A stretch of 64,000 nucleotides of DNA. It comes from an uncultured Chloroflexia bacterium (GTDB lineage Bacteria; Chloroflexota; Limnocylindria; Limnocylindrales; CSP1-4). Position 1 is the stretch's first letter. Every line of letters starts with the position of its first letter. The notes under the pieces were generated by a model. The model was not told the origin of the DNA and ran no database searches. It saw only the letters and a list, made by a program, of their open reading frames with translations. The position numbers and the translations under genes are program-made. The stretch is taken from assembly GCA_963789725.1 (NCBI GenBank), contig CAWBLU010000001.1, positions 709,549 to 773,548 of the forward strand, read 5' to 3'. Shown one piece after another: positions 17,182 through 27,870 of this stretch.

Positions 17182-18375
17182 TCAGCGCACGCCCAACAGC
17201 AGGTCCATGACGAGCTGATCGAGTCGCTCGTTGTAGTAGCCGCGATCCGCGAGCGCCTCGGGATCGCCGGGGTTGGCCTTGAGCTCCTCAGCGACCGCCG
17301 CCGAGTACTTGCCCACGGTCGGCCTGGCCAGGTCCGGAACCGATGCCGCGACCAGGGCCGCCTGGATCTCGGTATCGGCCGCGAACCGCCTGGCTTTCTC
17401 CTTGAGCGCCAGGTAGGTGCGCATACAGCCGGCCGCGAAGTCCCAGACTCCCTCCGGATTCTCGTTCCGGTAGGCGTGAGCGTCGAAGTGCCGGGCTCCG
17501 GAGTAGCCCGATTCCTCGAGCAGCTTGACGAGGAAGAAGGCGTCCTTGATGCCCTCGGAGCCGAAGCGCAGGTCCTGGTCGTAGCGGCCGATCTTCTGCC
17601 CGTTGAGGTCGATGTGGAAGAGCTTGCCCTGCCAGACGGCCTGGGCGACGGCATGGTGGAACGAGAGCCCGGACATGGTCTCGTGGGCGAACTCGGGGTT
17701 GACTCCAACCATGTCCGGCCGATCGAGAGTGCTGATGAAAGCCAGGGCATGACCGACCGACGGCAAGAGACAGTCGCCGCGCGGCTCGTTCGGCTTCGGC
17801 TCGAGGGCGAAGCGCATCTTGTAGCCGCGATCGACGACGTAGTCGGCGAAGAAGTTCATGGCCTCGCGCATGCGGTCGAGCGCGTCCCCGACAGGCTTGG
17901 ACGCCATCGCCTCGGCGCCCTCGCGTCCGCCCCAGAAGACGTAGACCGGGGCGCCCAGCTCAGCCCCCAGATCGATCGCCCGCAGGGTCTTGGCGATCGC
18001 ATGGCGCCTCACCTTGGGGTCGTTCGACGTAAAGGCGCCGTCCTTGAAGACCGGGTGTCCGAAGAGGTTGGTCGTGGCCATGGACACGACCAGGCCGGTT
18101 TCGTCGAGGGTGGACTTGAACCGACGCACGACCTCGTCCCGCTCGGGAAGGGAAGAACCGGGCGGAACGAGGTCGTCGTCGTGGAAACAAACGCCGTATG
18201 CGCCCAGCGCGGCCAGCCGGCGAACGCTTTCGTTCGGGTCGACGCGCGGCCGCGTCGAGCTTCCGAATTGGTCGGCGCCGGTGTTGCCGACGGTCCAGAG
18301 GCCAAATGTGAACTTGTGCTCGGGTCGGGGCTGCAGCGAACCCTCACCAAAGGCGCTCTGTCGATCCTGGGCCAT
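17182..18375 (-). CDS. xylA: Xylose isomerase, class I (actinobacterial type)
   Basis: [38 protein letters not shown] and HIDLNGQ. 397 aa. Confidence 0.95.
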   Translation of the reverse strand: MAQDRQSAFGEGSLQPRPEHKFTFGLWTVGNTGADQFGSSTRPRVDPNESVRRLAALGAYGVCFHDDDLVPPGSSLPERDEVVRRFKSTLDETGLVVSMATTNLFGHPVFKDGAFTSNDPKVRRHAIAKTLRAIDLGAELGAPVYVFWGGREGAEAMASKPVGDALDRMREAMNFFADYVVDRGYKMRFALEPKPNEPRGDCLLPSVGHALAFISTLDRPDMVGVNPEFAHETMSGLSFHHAVAQAVWQGKLFHIDLNGQKIGRYDQDLRFGSEGIKDAFFLVKLLEESGYSGARHFDAHAYRNENPEGVWDFAAGCMRTYLALKEKARRFAADTEIQAALVAASVPDLARPTVGKYSAAVAEELKANPGDPEALADRGYYNERLDQLVMDLLLGVR

Positions 18376-19171
18376 CAGTTGACCTCCTTCGGATGGTTAT
18401 GAGTGCGAATTCTCCCGCCCGCACGATTCCTCGGGCCGGGAGCGGATAGCGGCAATTCACGGCGGCGTTCGTCGACGGTACGCTGCATTTCTCCTGCCAA
18501 CCGCTCGCCCGCCGGCGGGAAGTCGGCTCCACTCCCGACCCTTGTCTCCCGACAGCCTGGATTGACGCGGGCGTGCCTGGGGTTCGATCGGAGTTGCCTG
18601 GTAGGGGACCGTCGTGAATCTACCTTCTGGACGGGGTCGACCGGTATCGGGCCGACGCCCAGTCGCGGCAGCAAGGACGAACTGTCCCGGATCAGTCTCA
18701 CGCGCGGCGTCGGGTCTGGAATCACAGACGTATACCCGGGCACGGCTGCCGCTGGCGAGCCGACCCTCGGGTGCGCTGAATCCATAGCCGTCATGGCGGC
18801 GACGCCTCCTCGGTGTTCTTGGAGCCAGCAGGTTGGCCGGTCGCGTCTCTCTCTCTCCTCCTGCCCGAACAGGCACCCTCGCCGGCCCGGGCATGGCCGT
18901 GCAATCGTATGCCGCATATCCATGGTCAGCAAGCCCCTTGGGACCCTTGACTCTGATCGCACACGTATGCTACATAGGTATGCATCCGAGCCTGTCGCCA
19001 GATGCGTAACCGTGGCACCCCAGTTTCCACGGGTTCTTATGGCGCGCTCGGTGGCAGTTGGTCGCCCAATGTAGGAGGAGCCGATCGCGGAAGAACCGAG
19101 TGTCCTGTTGAGGAGGCGGCTCCGCCGTCATCTGTCGTGCGACCGCCGATCTCGTCGCTTCGAGTAGGAGG

Positions 19172-20467
19172 ATGGAAGTGAGATTCGTACCCAAGAGGCT
19201 CCTGGCAGGAGTCGCGGTTCTCGCAATAGCGGCAAGTGCGTGCACATCGTCAACAGCGTCAGCCGGCAATGTCACCATTGAGTGGTGGCATATCTCCACC
19301 GGCGAGCCTGGCAAGTCCATCTTCCAGGGCATCGCCGACACCTACCAGGCGGCTCATCCGAACGTCAAGATCAACGTCACGGTCCTCGAGAATGAGGCCT
19401 TCAAGACCAAGCTCGCGACCGCGATGCAGTCGGGCACGCCGCCCGATCTCTTCCAGTCGTGGGGCGGCGGCACGATGGCCGCTCAGGCCGACTCCGGGAA
19501 CCTCCAGGACATCACCTCCGCGATGGCGGACTGGAAGGACACCATCAACCCGGGCGCCCTCGGCATCTACGCCTACAACGGCAAGCAGTACGGCGTGCCG
19601 TGGGACATGGGCATGATCGGGTTCTGGTACAACAAGGCAGCCTTCACCAAGGCCGGTATCAGCGCCCCGCCCACGACCTGGGCTGACTTCCTCACCGACG
19701 TTGGGAAGCTCTCCGCAAGCGGCATTGCTCCTCTCGCAATAGCCGGCAAGGACGAGTGGCCGTCGATGCACCTCTGGAGCTACCTCATCCTCCGCATGGC
19801 GGGCTATGACGCCCTCCAGACGATGATCCAGACCGGCGACTGGAACACTGACTCCTGCAAGGCTGCCGGCGACGAAGTCGTCAAGCTCAACGCCCTGAAT
19901 CCCTATCAGGAAGGCTACAAGAGCGCAACCTACGACGATGAAGCGGCCGCGGTTGCCAACGGCAAGGCGGCGATGGAACTGATGGGCCAGTGGGCGCCTG
20001 GCGTCCAGCAGAACGACAGCGCCGACAAGAAGGGCCTCGGCGACAATCTCGGTTGGTTCGCATTCCCCGGCATTGACGGCGGCAAGGGCGATCCGGCCGA
20101 CGGCGTCGGCGGCGGCAACGGCATCGCGGTTGGCAAGAATGCCCCGCCCGAAGCCATCGATTTCCTCAAGTTCTTCAACAGCGTCTACAACGCCCAGAAG
20201 CTTGAGACCCCGTCCACCCCGGGTGGCACCGACAGCATGGGCCTCTCGCCCGTAGTCGGCGTCGACTCGTCCTCCCTGGCCTCGACCCTTCTGCAGGTTC
20301 TCGCGGGTCGCGACAAGGCCAAGCACATCCAGCTCTACCTCGACCAGGCCACCTCGCCGGCCATGGGCACGGCGATCAACGACGCGACGGCCGCGCTCTT
20401 CCTGGGCGCATCCGACCCCACCAAGACCTGCCAGGCCATCACCGACGCCGCAGCCAAGAACAAGTAG
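19172..20467 (+). CDS. ABC transporter substrate-binding lipoprotein (family 1 sugar SBP)
   Basis: Signal peptide plus lipobox AASAC; the domain begins NVTIEWWHISTGEPG. RBS aggagga. Divergent from xylAB. Confidence 0.9.
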   Translation: MEVRFVPKRLLAGVAVLAIAASACTSSTASAGNVTIEWWHISTGEPGKSIFQGIADTYQAAHPNVKINVTVLENEAFKTKLATAMQSGTPPDLFQSWGGGTMAAQADSGNLQDITSAMADWKDTINPGALGIYAYNGKQYGVPWDMGMIGFWYNKAAFTKAGISAPPTTWADFLTDVGKLSASGIAPLAIAGKDEWPSMHLWSYLILRMAGYDALQTMIQTGDWNTDSCKAAGDEVVKLNALNPYQEGYKSATYDDEAAAVANGKAAMELMGQWAPGVQQNDSADKKGLGDNLGWFAFPGIDGGKGDPADGVGGGNGIAVGKNAPPEAIDFLKFFNSVYNAQKLETPSTPGGTDSMGLSPVVGVDSSSLASTLLQVLAGRDKAKHIQLYLDQATSPAMGTAINDATAALFLGASDPTKTCQAITDAAAKNK

Positions 20468-20557
20468 CGGCTAGGAATCCTCGATAGGACCACAGTGAAG
20501 AGCGGGCCGGCCAAACGCCGGCCCGCTCGATCTCCCGGGGGGGAAGAGAGGACGGCG

Positions 20558-21490
20558 ATGAGCGCAACGACGGTCAGGCCACGCACCGAAAGACGGCTTT
20601 CGGCGAAGTGGCTGACGATCATCCTGTTTCTGCTTCCAGGCCTGGCGCTGTATTTGCTGTTCGTCTTGTTCCCGGTCGTCCAGGCCGTTAGATACAGCCT
20701 CTACAACTGGAACGGGCTCCAGCCGCTCACGGATTTCGCCGGACTCGAAAACTACGCAACCGCGCTGGGCAGCGGCGTATTCCAGGCCGCGGTCGCCAAC
20801 AACGTCCTCATCATCGTTCTATCGCTGGCGCTCCAGATCCCGTTCTCACTCTTCCTGGCCTTGATGCTGAACCGCCGCTTCCACGGGCGGGCGCTCTTCC
20901 GAGTGATTTTCTTTCTCCCGTATGTGATCTCGGAAGCAATCACGGGCATCATCTTCTCGTTGTTCCTGCGCTCCGGATCGATGATGGACTCGACCATGCA
21001 GGGCATAGGCCTCGGGGCCTTGAAGCAGGACTGGCTGGGCGATACCAGCATAGTGATGATCACCCTCTTCGTGATCATCTCGTGGAAGTACTTCGGCTTC
21101 CACATGATCATTCTGCTCGCCGGACTTCAGGGCATACCCAAGGAGATCGAGGAGGCCGCACTCATCGATGGCGCGGGCCGCTGGCAGGCCTTCCGTCACG
21201 TGACGTTGCCGCTGCTCGGCCCCACCTTGCGGGTCTCCGTCTTCCTGTCGATGATCGGAGCGCTCCAGCTCTTCGACATGGTGTGGGTCATAACCAAAGG
21301 CGGCCCGATCGGCGCCTCGAACACCATGGCCGTCTTGATGTTCAAGAACGGCTTCGTAAGCTCGGACATGGGCTACGGAAGCGCCCTGGCGGTCATCCTC
21401 TTCCTATTCGCCCTCGTGCTGGCGCTCGCCTACCAGCGTTTCGTGCTGAGGCGTGACGTCGAGGGTGCAGTCACGGCATTCAACGGGTAG
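20558..21490 (+). CDS. ABC sugar transporter permease (MalF/UgpA-like)
   Basis: Six helices and an EAA-like loop IDGAGRWQAFRHVTLPLL. Start at ATG 20558 after gagagga. Confidence 0.85.
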   Translation: MSATTVRPRTERRLSAKWLTIILFLLPGLALYLLFVLFPVVQAVRYSLYNWNGLQPLTDFAGLENYATALGSGVFQAAVANNVLIIVLSLALQIPFSLFLALMLNRRFHGRALFRVIFFLPYVISEAITGIIFSLFLRSGSMMDSTMQGIGLGALKQDWLGDTSIVMITLFVIISWKYFGFHMIILLAGLQGIPKEIEEAALIDGAGRWQAFRHVTLPLLGPTLRVSVFLSMIGALQLFDMVWVITKGGPIGASNTMAVLMFKNGFVSSDMGYGSALAVILFLFALVLALAYQRFVLRRDVEGAVTAFNG

Positions 21491-21494
21491 TGCG

Positions 21495-22400
21495 ATGACC
21501 ACCACAGCTTCAGCCGCCAAGACACACGCTCCGGCCACAACCGTCTGGAAGCGGCCCGGCAGGCTCGCCCGAATGGGCATAGTCGGGATCCTCCGCTATG
21601 CGATCCTCGTCTTGGTCGCGTTAGTGATCCTGGTGCCGATCGTATTCGCGGTCATGGGCGGTGCCAAGACTAACGGCCAGCTCGTGAGCGACCCCGTCGG
21701 TCTGCCGAACCCGTGGGTCTTCTCGAACTACACGGAAGTCCTGTTCGGTGAAAACGCAGCCGTCTTCTGGGGGGAGCTTCTCAACAGCCTGATAATCGCG
21801 ACGATTGCCGTCGTATTGACGGTGGGTCTGGCCTCACTCGCGGCCTTCACCTTCGCAAGGCTGGTGTTCCGGGGCCGCGAGGCGATGTACACGCTGTTCA
21901 CCCTCGGCCTGCTGTTCCCTTCGGCTGTCGCGATCCTGCCGCTCTACATCCTCGTCCGCGATCTCGGGCTGGAGAGCAACTACCTGGGAGTGGCTCTGCC
22001 GCAGGCCGCCTTCGGACTGCCTCTTACAGTCATCATCCTGCGACCGTTCTTCAAGAGCATCCCGGTGGAGCTCGAGGACGCGGCCAAAATCGATGGCTGC
22101 ACCACGTTCGGCTTCTTCTGGCGTGTATTGCTGCCGCTGGCCCGGCCTGCCCTGGCTACGGTGAGCATCCTGGCGATCGTTGGGACGTGGAACGCGTTCA
22201 TGCTGCCGCTGATCATCCTGAATGGCGCGGATCAGTGGACACTCCCGCTCGGTGTGATGAACTTCTCAAGCGAGTACGTGCGCGACCAGGCCCGCACCCT
22301 GGCGTTCACGGTGATGGCGATCCTGCCGGCGATCATGTTTTACATAGTTGCGGAACGCCAGATCGTTTCCGGCCTCACCGCCGGCTCGGTCAAGGGTTGA
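21495..22400 (+). CDS. ABC sugar transporter permease (MalG/UgpE-like)
   Basis: EAA loop AKIDGCTTFGFFWRVLLPLARPAL; membrane topology typical. Confidence 0.85.
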   Translation: MTTTASAAKTHAPATTVWKRPGRLARMGIVGILRYAILVLVALVILVPIVFAVMGGAKTNGQLVSDPVGLPNPWVFSNYTEVLFGENAAVFWGELLNSLIIATIAVVLTVGLASLAAFTFARLVFRGREAMYTLFTLGLLFPSAVAILPLYILVRDLGLESNYLGVALPQAAFGLPLTVIILRPFFKSIPVELEDAAKIDGCTTFGFFWRVLLPLARPALATVSILAIVGTWNAFMLPLIILNGADQWTLPLGVMNFSSEYVRDQARTLAFTVMAILPAIMFYIVAERQIVSGLTAGSVKG

Positions 22401-22402
22401 CC

Positions 22403-24739
22403 GTGGCCGGGGCCGTCTACAGAGACGCCGCGGCCGACATAGATGAGCGAGTAGCAGATCTCCTCGGGCGCATGTCGCCCGAGGAGAAACTGGCCCAGCT
22501 CGGATCTGTCTGGTCGTTCGAGATACTCGATCACTTCGCCTTCGACCCTGCCAAGGCAAGCCCACGGCTGGGCGCCGGCATCGGCCAGATAACGCGCGTG
22601 GCCGGGGCCACGAATCTCGGCTCGGTGGCGTCGGCCGAACTGGCCAATCGGATCCAACGCTTCCTTGTCGAGGAAACCCGGCTTGGAATCCCGGCCATCG
22701 TTCACGAGGAATCGCTGCACGGCCTCCTGGCCACCGAGTCGGTGTGCTTTCCGCAGTCGATCGGCCAGGCGGCCAGCTGGGAGCCCGGGCTGGTCGAGGA
22801 GATGGCCAGGCGGCTCGGCCGCGAACTGCGGGCCCAGGGTGCTCAGCAGACGCTGGCCCCAATCCTGGATATCACCCGCGACCCTCGGTGGGGACGCCTC
22901 GAGGAAACCTACGGCGAAGATCCGTACCTGGTGGCCGAGCTCGGCACGGCATACGTCCGCGGCATTCAAGGCGACGGTGGGCCCTCGGACCTCGTCTACG
23001 CCACGGGCAAGCACATGGTCGGCCACGGACTGCCCGAAGGCGGCATGAACCACGCCCCGGCCCACATCGGATCACGCGAGCTGGTCGACGAGTTCCTCTT
23101 CCCATTCGAGGCGGCCGTCCGGGGGGCAGGCTTGCGCTCGATGATGCATGCGTATGACGAAGTCGACGGCGTTCCGTGCGTCGCGTCGCGGGAACTCTTG
23201 ACGACGATCCTGCGGGAGCGCTGGGGCTTCACGGGGATCGTCGTATCGGACTACTTCGGTGTCGATGAGCTCATCACCTCGCATGCCGTGACCGAGGACC
23301 TCGCTGGCGCGGCCGTAATGGCCATCGAGGCGGGCGTGGACGTCGAGCTGCCCACGACGCGGGGATTCGGTGGACCGCTGGCAGAGGCTCTGTCGACGGG
23401 CCGGGTGAGCCAGGCGACCGTAGACATGGCAGTCGGGCGGGTCCTGTGTGCCAAATTCGAGCTCGGACTCTTCGAGACCCCGTACGTTGACCCGGCCGCC
23501 GCGGTCTTGCCGTACGAATCGGATCGGGCGCTCGCTGCCGAGATCGCTCGAAGGTCGATCGTCCTCCTGGCCAACGATGGCACCCTGCCCCTGAAGCCGA
23601 ATCTCGCCACAGTCGCCGTTATCGGGCCGAACGCCGATTCCGGCCGGAACCTGCTGGGCGACTACAGCCACCTGGCCCATATCGAGGCACTCCTCGAGCA
23701 GGGCGGCTTCGGCACCGAGCTGCCGGACGGGCTCGAGGCCAGCGACGACCTCGGGTCCATCAAGACCGTCCTGCAAGCGATCCGCGAGAGCGTCGGTCCG
23801 TCTACAAGCGTTCGATTTGCCGCCGGTTGTGGCCTCCTCGACGGCGACGACGCGGACATCGAAGAAGCGGTCGAGGCCGCGACCGGCGCCGACGTCGCCA
23901 TCGTGGTCGTGGGCGAGCGATCGGGGCTCACCGACGACTGCATCTCCGGCGAAGCCAGGGATCGTCTGGAGATAGGCCTGCCTGGCCGTCAGAGCGAGCT
24001 GGTGGCCGCCGTAGCCTCGACCGGCACCCCGGTCGTCCTGGTCCTGATCGCGGGCCGCCCGCTCTCCGTAGGGTCGGACGCGGCTGTGGCAGCAGCGGTG
24101 TTGCATGCCTGGGTGCCCGGTGAGGAGGGTGCCGGGGCGGTGGCGGACGTATTGTTCGGGCGCGTCAACCCGGGTGCCAAACTGCCGATCACCGTTCCCC
24201 GCAATGTCGGCCAGGTGCCCATCTACTACGGCCACAAGCCTTCTGGCGGCAGGTCGCATTGGAAGGCGGCCTACGTCGACGGCTCCAACGAGCCGCTGTG
24301 GCCATTCGGCTACGGGCTCTCATATACGAGCTTCCGGGTGTCGGACCTCCGTCTGGACCGTGACACGACTCCGGTCGACGGCGAGTTCGAGGCAACGGTG
24401 GTGGTTGAGAACACCGGCGACCGCGAGGGCGACGAGGTCGTTCAGCTATACCTTCGAGACGATCAAGCCAGTGTGACTCGCCCCGACAAGCAGCTCCGCG
24501 GCTTCAGGAGGGTGACGCTCGCGCCCGGCGAGCGCCGCAACGTCACCTTCCGGGTCGCGGCAGAACAGCTTGCTTTCACCGGCGTTGACGGCCGTCGCAT
24601 CGTGGAGCCGGGCAGGATCACGGTCATGGCGGGAACGTCAGCTGTCGATCTGCCGTGCCGGGCCGGCCTGCGTCTCACCGGCAAGACGGTTGTGGTGGAG
24701 CGGCGCAGCCGCTTCTTCACCGAGACGCGGGTCGAGTAG
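22403..24739 (+). CDS. Glycoside hydrolase family 3 (beta-glucosidase/beta-xylosidase-like)
   Basis: GH3 N-terminal domain GIPAIVHEESLHG...KHMVGHG...GFTGIVVSDY, then C-terminal and fibronectin-like domains. GTG 22403 (or TTG 22397) lies immediately after the permease stop. Confidence 0.85.
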   Translation: MAGAVYRDAAADIDERVADLLGRMSPEEKLAQLGSVWSFEILDHFAFDPAKASPRLGAGIGQITRVAGATNLGSVASAELANRIQRFLVEETRLGIPAIVHEESLHGLLATESVCFPQSIGQAASWEPGLVEEMARRLGRELRAQGAQQTLAPILDITRDPRWGRLEETYGEDPYLVAELGTAYVRGIQGDGGPSDLVYATGKHMVGHGLPEGGMNHAPAHIGSRELVDEFLFPFEAAVRGAGLRSMMHAYDEVDGVPCVASRELLTTILRERWGFTGIVVSDYFGVDELITSHAVTEDLAGAAVMAIEAGVDVELPTTRGFGGPLAEALSTGRVSQATVDMAVGRVLCAKFELGLFETPYVDPAAAVLPYESDRALAAEIARRSIVLLANDGTLPLKPNLATVAVIGPNADSGRNLLGDYSHLAHIEALLEQGGFGTELPDGLEASDDLGSIKTVLQAIRESVGPSTSVRFAAGCGLLDGDDADIEEAVEAATGADVAIVVVGERSGLTDDCISGEARDRLEIGLPGRQSELVAAVASTGTPVVLVLIAGRPLSVGSDAAVAAAVLHAWVPGEEGAGAVADVLFGRVNPGAKLPITVPRNVGQVPIYYGHKPSGGRSHWKAAYVDGSNEPLWPFGYGLSYTSFRVSDLRLDRDTTPVDGEFEATVVVENTGDREGDEVVQLYLRDDQASVTRPDKQLRGFRRVTLAPGERRNVTFRVAAEQLAFTGVDGRRIVEPGRITVMAGTSAVDLPCRAGLRLTGKTVVVERRSRFFTETRVE

Positions 24740-24756
24740 CGCCGGCGCGGCGAAGT

Positions 24757-26133
24757 TCAGGCGGTCAGGGTCATGGCCTTGTCCGGCCTGAGCAGGAACG
24801 GCGGCAGGTGCGCGGCCAGGTTCGAGAACGGCAAGACGTCCGGGTGGAGGGCGATTCCGAGGGCGTCGTTCATGAACCTGCGTCGGGCCTGGATCCGCCC
24901 CCATGCCGCCGGATAGGCGGACGCGAAGGCCTCGCGCAGGGACTCGTCCGCAAGAGCCAGTCCGTCCTCGATGTTGGTGGTGAAGTAGTCCGTGCCAGTC
25001 GCGGGAATGACGTCCACCTGGAAGGCCATGCCGGACTCGAGCTCGATCCGCGAGTCCGGCGCGATGGGCGAGTTGACCCATTCGTCCAGGTGGATCTGGT
25101 GGCCCGGGTTCAGCGAAACCCCGAAGAACGGGTCCCCGATGTGTCGCCGGATGATCTCGTAGAGCGCGCCGCCGGTCTGGCCGACGCGCAGGGCGCCGTA
25201 CCACTCCGCGATCGCCTCGAAATATGGTCCGACGAGCCGGTCCACGTAGTCCGAGATGCCGGCCGGCAACTCGTCGGCCGACTCGACGACGAATCCGGCG
25301 CGGCAGTTGAGGGCGCCCCAGACGCCAAAACCGACGGTGAAGCGGTCGCCCCGCTCGATCTTTCGGTCGCCCGGGCTCACGAGACCGAAGGTCGCCCGCG
25401 GACCGGCCGTGAGCATCAGGTGGCATGACAGCGGCATGCCGTTCCAGCGGAGCAGCCGCACGGCCTCGCCTTCCGTCATGCCGGGCCTGAGCTCGGACAG
25501 CATGCGGCGGACGCCGTCCGAGGTCTGGCACGACGCATACTCGAAAACCGCGAGCTGGTCGACTTCGTTGATCACGCGCAGTCCGTCGGCGGCATCTGTC
25601 AGCAGATCCGTTGCGTTCTCGACGAGCCCACCCGGACCGGTGAGGCGCCGCAACTCGTCGACGATGTAGGCGGGGACGTCCATGGCTTCGCGGGTCGGGT
25701 ATGTCTTCCAGCCGATCACGCCGACACGGCTGCCCCTGCCGATGCCCTCAGAGGCAAGGGACTCGCCGAGCGGCGCGGTCTTGTCGCGCGGTTGCCCGGG
25801 CAGGCTGAAGTGCTGGAACAGCACCCGCCGCATCTCCAGCGGGGCGGCCCCGGCCATGCCGGTGTTCTCGTTGCCGACCAGGATCGCGGGCTCGCCGGTC
25901 GACCCGAGGACCATGAGCGCTTCCTCGAAGCGAGGATCGAAGCCGCTCAGGTAGGCGAGGTTGGCGCTGTGCTCGCGGTCCGCGTAAACGACCAGGCGGT
26001 CGTAGCGGCGGGCCTCGAGGCGCTCTCGCAACCCGGCGACGCGGGCCGGATAGATGTCCGCCGGGAGTTCGGGGCGCGTTTCCGGCATCCCGAATTCCGG
26101 CAGCTTGATCTCAGCGAGCCGTGCCCTGGGCAT
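24757..26133 (-). CDS. M24 family metallopeptidase (Xaa-Pro aminopeptidase/creatinase-like)
   Basis: Creatinase_N-like N-terminus and pita-bread C-terminal domain with the HQIHLDEWVNSPIAPD...GMAFQVDV pattern. Confidence 0.75.
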   Translation of the reverse strand: MPRARLAEIKLPEFGMPETRPELPADIYPARVAGLRERLEARRYDRLVVYADREHSANLAYLSGFDPRFEEALMVLGSTGEPAILVGNENTGMAGAAPLEMRRVLFQHFSLPGQPRDKTAPLGESLASEGIGRGSRVGVIGWKTYPTREAMDVPAYIVDELRRLTGPGGLVENATDLLTDAADGLRVINEVDQLAVFEYASCQTSDGVRRMLSELRPGMTEGEAVRLLRWNGMPLSCHLMLTAGPRATFGLVSPGDRKIERGDRFTVGFGVWGALNCRAGFVVESADELPAGISDYVDRLVGPYFEAIAEWYGALRVGQTGGALYEIIRRHIGDPFFGVSLNPGHQIHLDEWVNSPIAPDSRIELESGMAFQVDVIPATGTDYFTTNIEDGLALADESLREAFASAYPAAWGRIQARRRFMNDALGIALHPDVLPFSNLAAHLPPFLLRPDKAMTLTA

Positions 26134-26151
26134 TGCCTGCCGTCCTTCCGT

Positions 26152-27870
26152 TCAGTTCTTGGGGGGATCCCACGCGCGAGCGTCGGTCGCATCGCGATCG
26201 ACGAAGACGTGCCGGTTGGCATCGACGCTGATCCACGGTCCGGCAGCCCCGTCCGGCCATATGACACGGACCTGCGCCTGACCCGAACTGCCCAGCCCGA
26301 ATTGACTCCAGCCGATCTGGCCTCCGGCATGACCGCCCCCGATTGTCAGCTCCCGCCGCATCGTGGTGTCGCCGACCTTGACTTCTATCCAGCCGCCGAC
26401 GGCGTTCCGATTCGGGCCGGGCTGAGTCGCGGCCACCGCGATCCAGTTGCCCATCTGGGCCGGCTTTGCCGCGTCCCCCGAGCCGACGTTACGCCATACT
26501 TTCAGGCCCGAACCGTAGTTGACCTCGACCAGGTCCAACATCCCATCGAGATTGAAGTCGGCCAGCGCGGCGCCGCGGCCACGTTCGTAGTTGAGAACGC
26601 CAGCCTTGTCGGCCGCCTCCGTGAAGGTGCCGTCGGGCTGGCCGAGGAGCAGGTTGTTCGGATCCTTCGTGGCGAAGTCGGGCTGGGTGCTGACGTTGCC
26701 CTTGGAGACGAACAGGTCGATGAAGCCGTCGTTGTTGACGTCCTGGAACTCGGGGTCCCAGGCGGTGGACGGAAGCACATCGCCGCCGGTGAAGGGCTGG
26801 GCCACCGTCACGCCGCGCTTGAGGGCGATGTCACGGAAGGTCGGCTGCTCCGGCCCGATGGTCAGAGTCTGGAGCTTGTTGTCGCCCTGGCTGGTGATGT
26901 AGTACTCGGGCAGGCCGTCGCCGGTCAGGTCGTAGCCGGCGATGCCCATGCCGAAGATCTGCATGGAGACCCATCCGTCGGCGTCGGTGTACAACCGCGG
27001 AGGTTGACCCGCGTCGATACGCCAGAGTTGATCCGTCCCATTCATGTAGTAGTTCTTGTCGTTGGTCATCCGGAGGTCTCGCCGCCCGGAGCCGTCCCAG
27101 TCGCTGAATAGCATCGACAGCGTGCAGAAGCCGGGCGACAGGACGGTCGGAAAGGCGTAGCCGTTCCCGGCCGTGTCCGGACGGTAGAGGGCGCTGTCGG
27201 CGCAGTCGAGGGTCGGGGCGCCGGCGCCGTCGAGCTTGCGGTAATGGCCGACGGCCAGGGTCGGGAGCGCGGCCTGGCCTTCCCACGTCGCGCTGAATGC
27301 GGCGGCCCAGGCATTGTCGTCCGCGAACGACCAGGCGTGGTTGGCCGCCTCGAACCGGCAATCGCCGAGCCCTCGCAGCAGCTGCGTCCCGCCGACGCGC
27401 AGCACCGCCAGGTCGGTCGTACCGTCGCCGTCGACATCGATCGGATAGGCGCCGACGACGGCCGTGAGATCCGTGGCCGGGTCGTGAATGGCGCTGAACT
27501 CGAGCGCGCCGCCGATCGAGCCGTCGTTGCGATATAGCGTCGCCGGATTGGTGCCTCCGGCGACGTACATGTCGGGTTTTCCGTCGTCGTTGCAGTCGAG
27601 GACGGCCACGCCGCCGCCGGTTGCGTACTCCTCTCCGCCGTCATAGATGTGGCCGACGCCCGACGCCGCCGTCTCGTCGACGAAGTTGGGCGGGCCCAGG
27701 GCGGTAGTGGGAGTAACACCACCGGGGCGGCTGCCTACGAAACCGATGACTGCCACCCCGGCCACGGCGACCGCGACGACGGCCACGGCCACGCCGATCA
27801 GACGCCGGCTGAGTCGGCGGCCTGGTCGGCGCCGAATGCGAGTCTCGGCGGGACCGGGGGCGTCGGTCAC
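26152..27870 (-). CDS. CRTAC1-family protein (FG-GAP/VCBS repeats + ASPIC/UnbV C-terminal domain), membrane-anchored
   Basis: N-terminal transmembrane helix IGVAVAVVAVAVAGVAV. Repeated DxDGDGxxDL/FG-GAP-like blocks (LDCNDDGKPDMYVAGG, DVDGDGTTDLAV, NNDGFIDLFV, DFNLDGMLDLVEV) and a UnbV-like tail. GTG 27870 overlaps the upstream stop (GTGA). Confidence 0.75.
   Translation of the reverse strand: MTDAPGPAETRIRRRPGRRLSRRLIGVAVAVVAVAVAGVAVIGFVGSRPGGVTPTTALGPPNFVDETAASGVGHIYDGGEEYATGGGVAVLDCNDDGKPDMYVAGGTNPATLYRNDGSIGGALEFSAIHDPATDLTAVVGAYPIDVDGDGTTDLAVLRVGGTQLLRGLGDCRFEAANHAWSFADDNAWAAAFSATWEGQAALPTLAVGHYRKLDGAGAPTLDCADSALYRPDTAGNGYAFPTVLSPGFCTLSMLFSDWDGSGRRDLRMTNDKNYYMNGTDQLWRIDAGQPPRLYTDADGWVSMQIFGMGIAGYDLTGDGLPEYYITSQGDNKLQTLTIGPEQPTFRDIALKRGVTVAQPFTGGDVLPSTAWDPEFQDVNNDGFIDLFVSKGNVSTQPDFATKDPNNLLLGQPDGTFTEAADKAGVLNYERGRGAALADFNLDGMLDLVEVNYGSGLKVWRNVGSGDAAKPAQMGNWIAVAATQPGPNRNAVGGWIEVKVGDTTMRRELTIGGGHAGGQIGWSQFGLGSSGQAQVRVIWPDGAAGPWISVDANRHVFVDRDATDARAWDPPKN

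Noticed and set aside
18403-19074. 223-aa ORF in the xylA upstream gap
   Set aside because: Mixed GC3, many rare codons (cga, att, cta, agg, ata), and no motif. The region is treated as non-coding.
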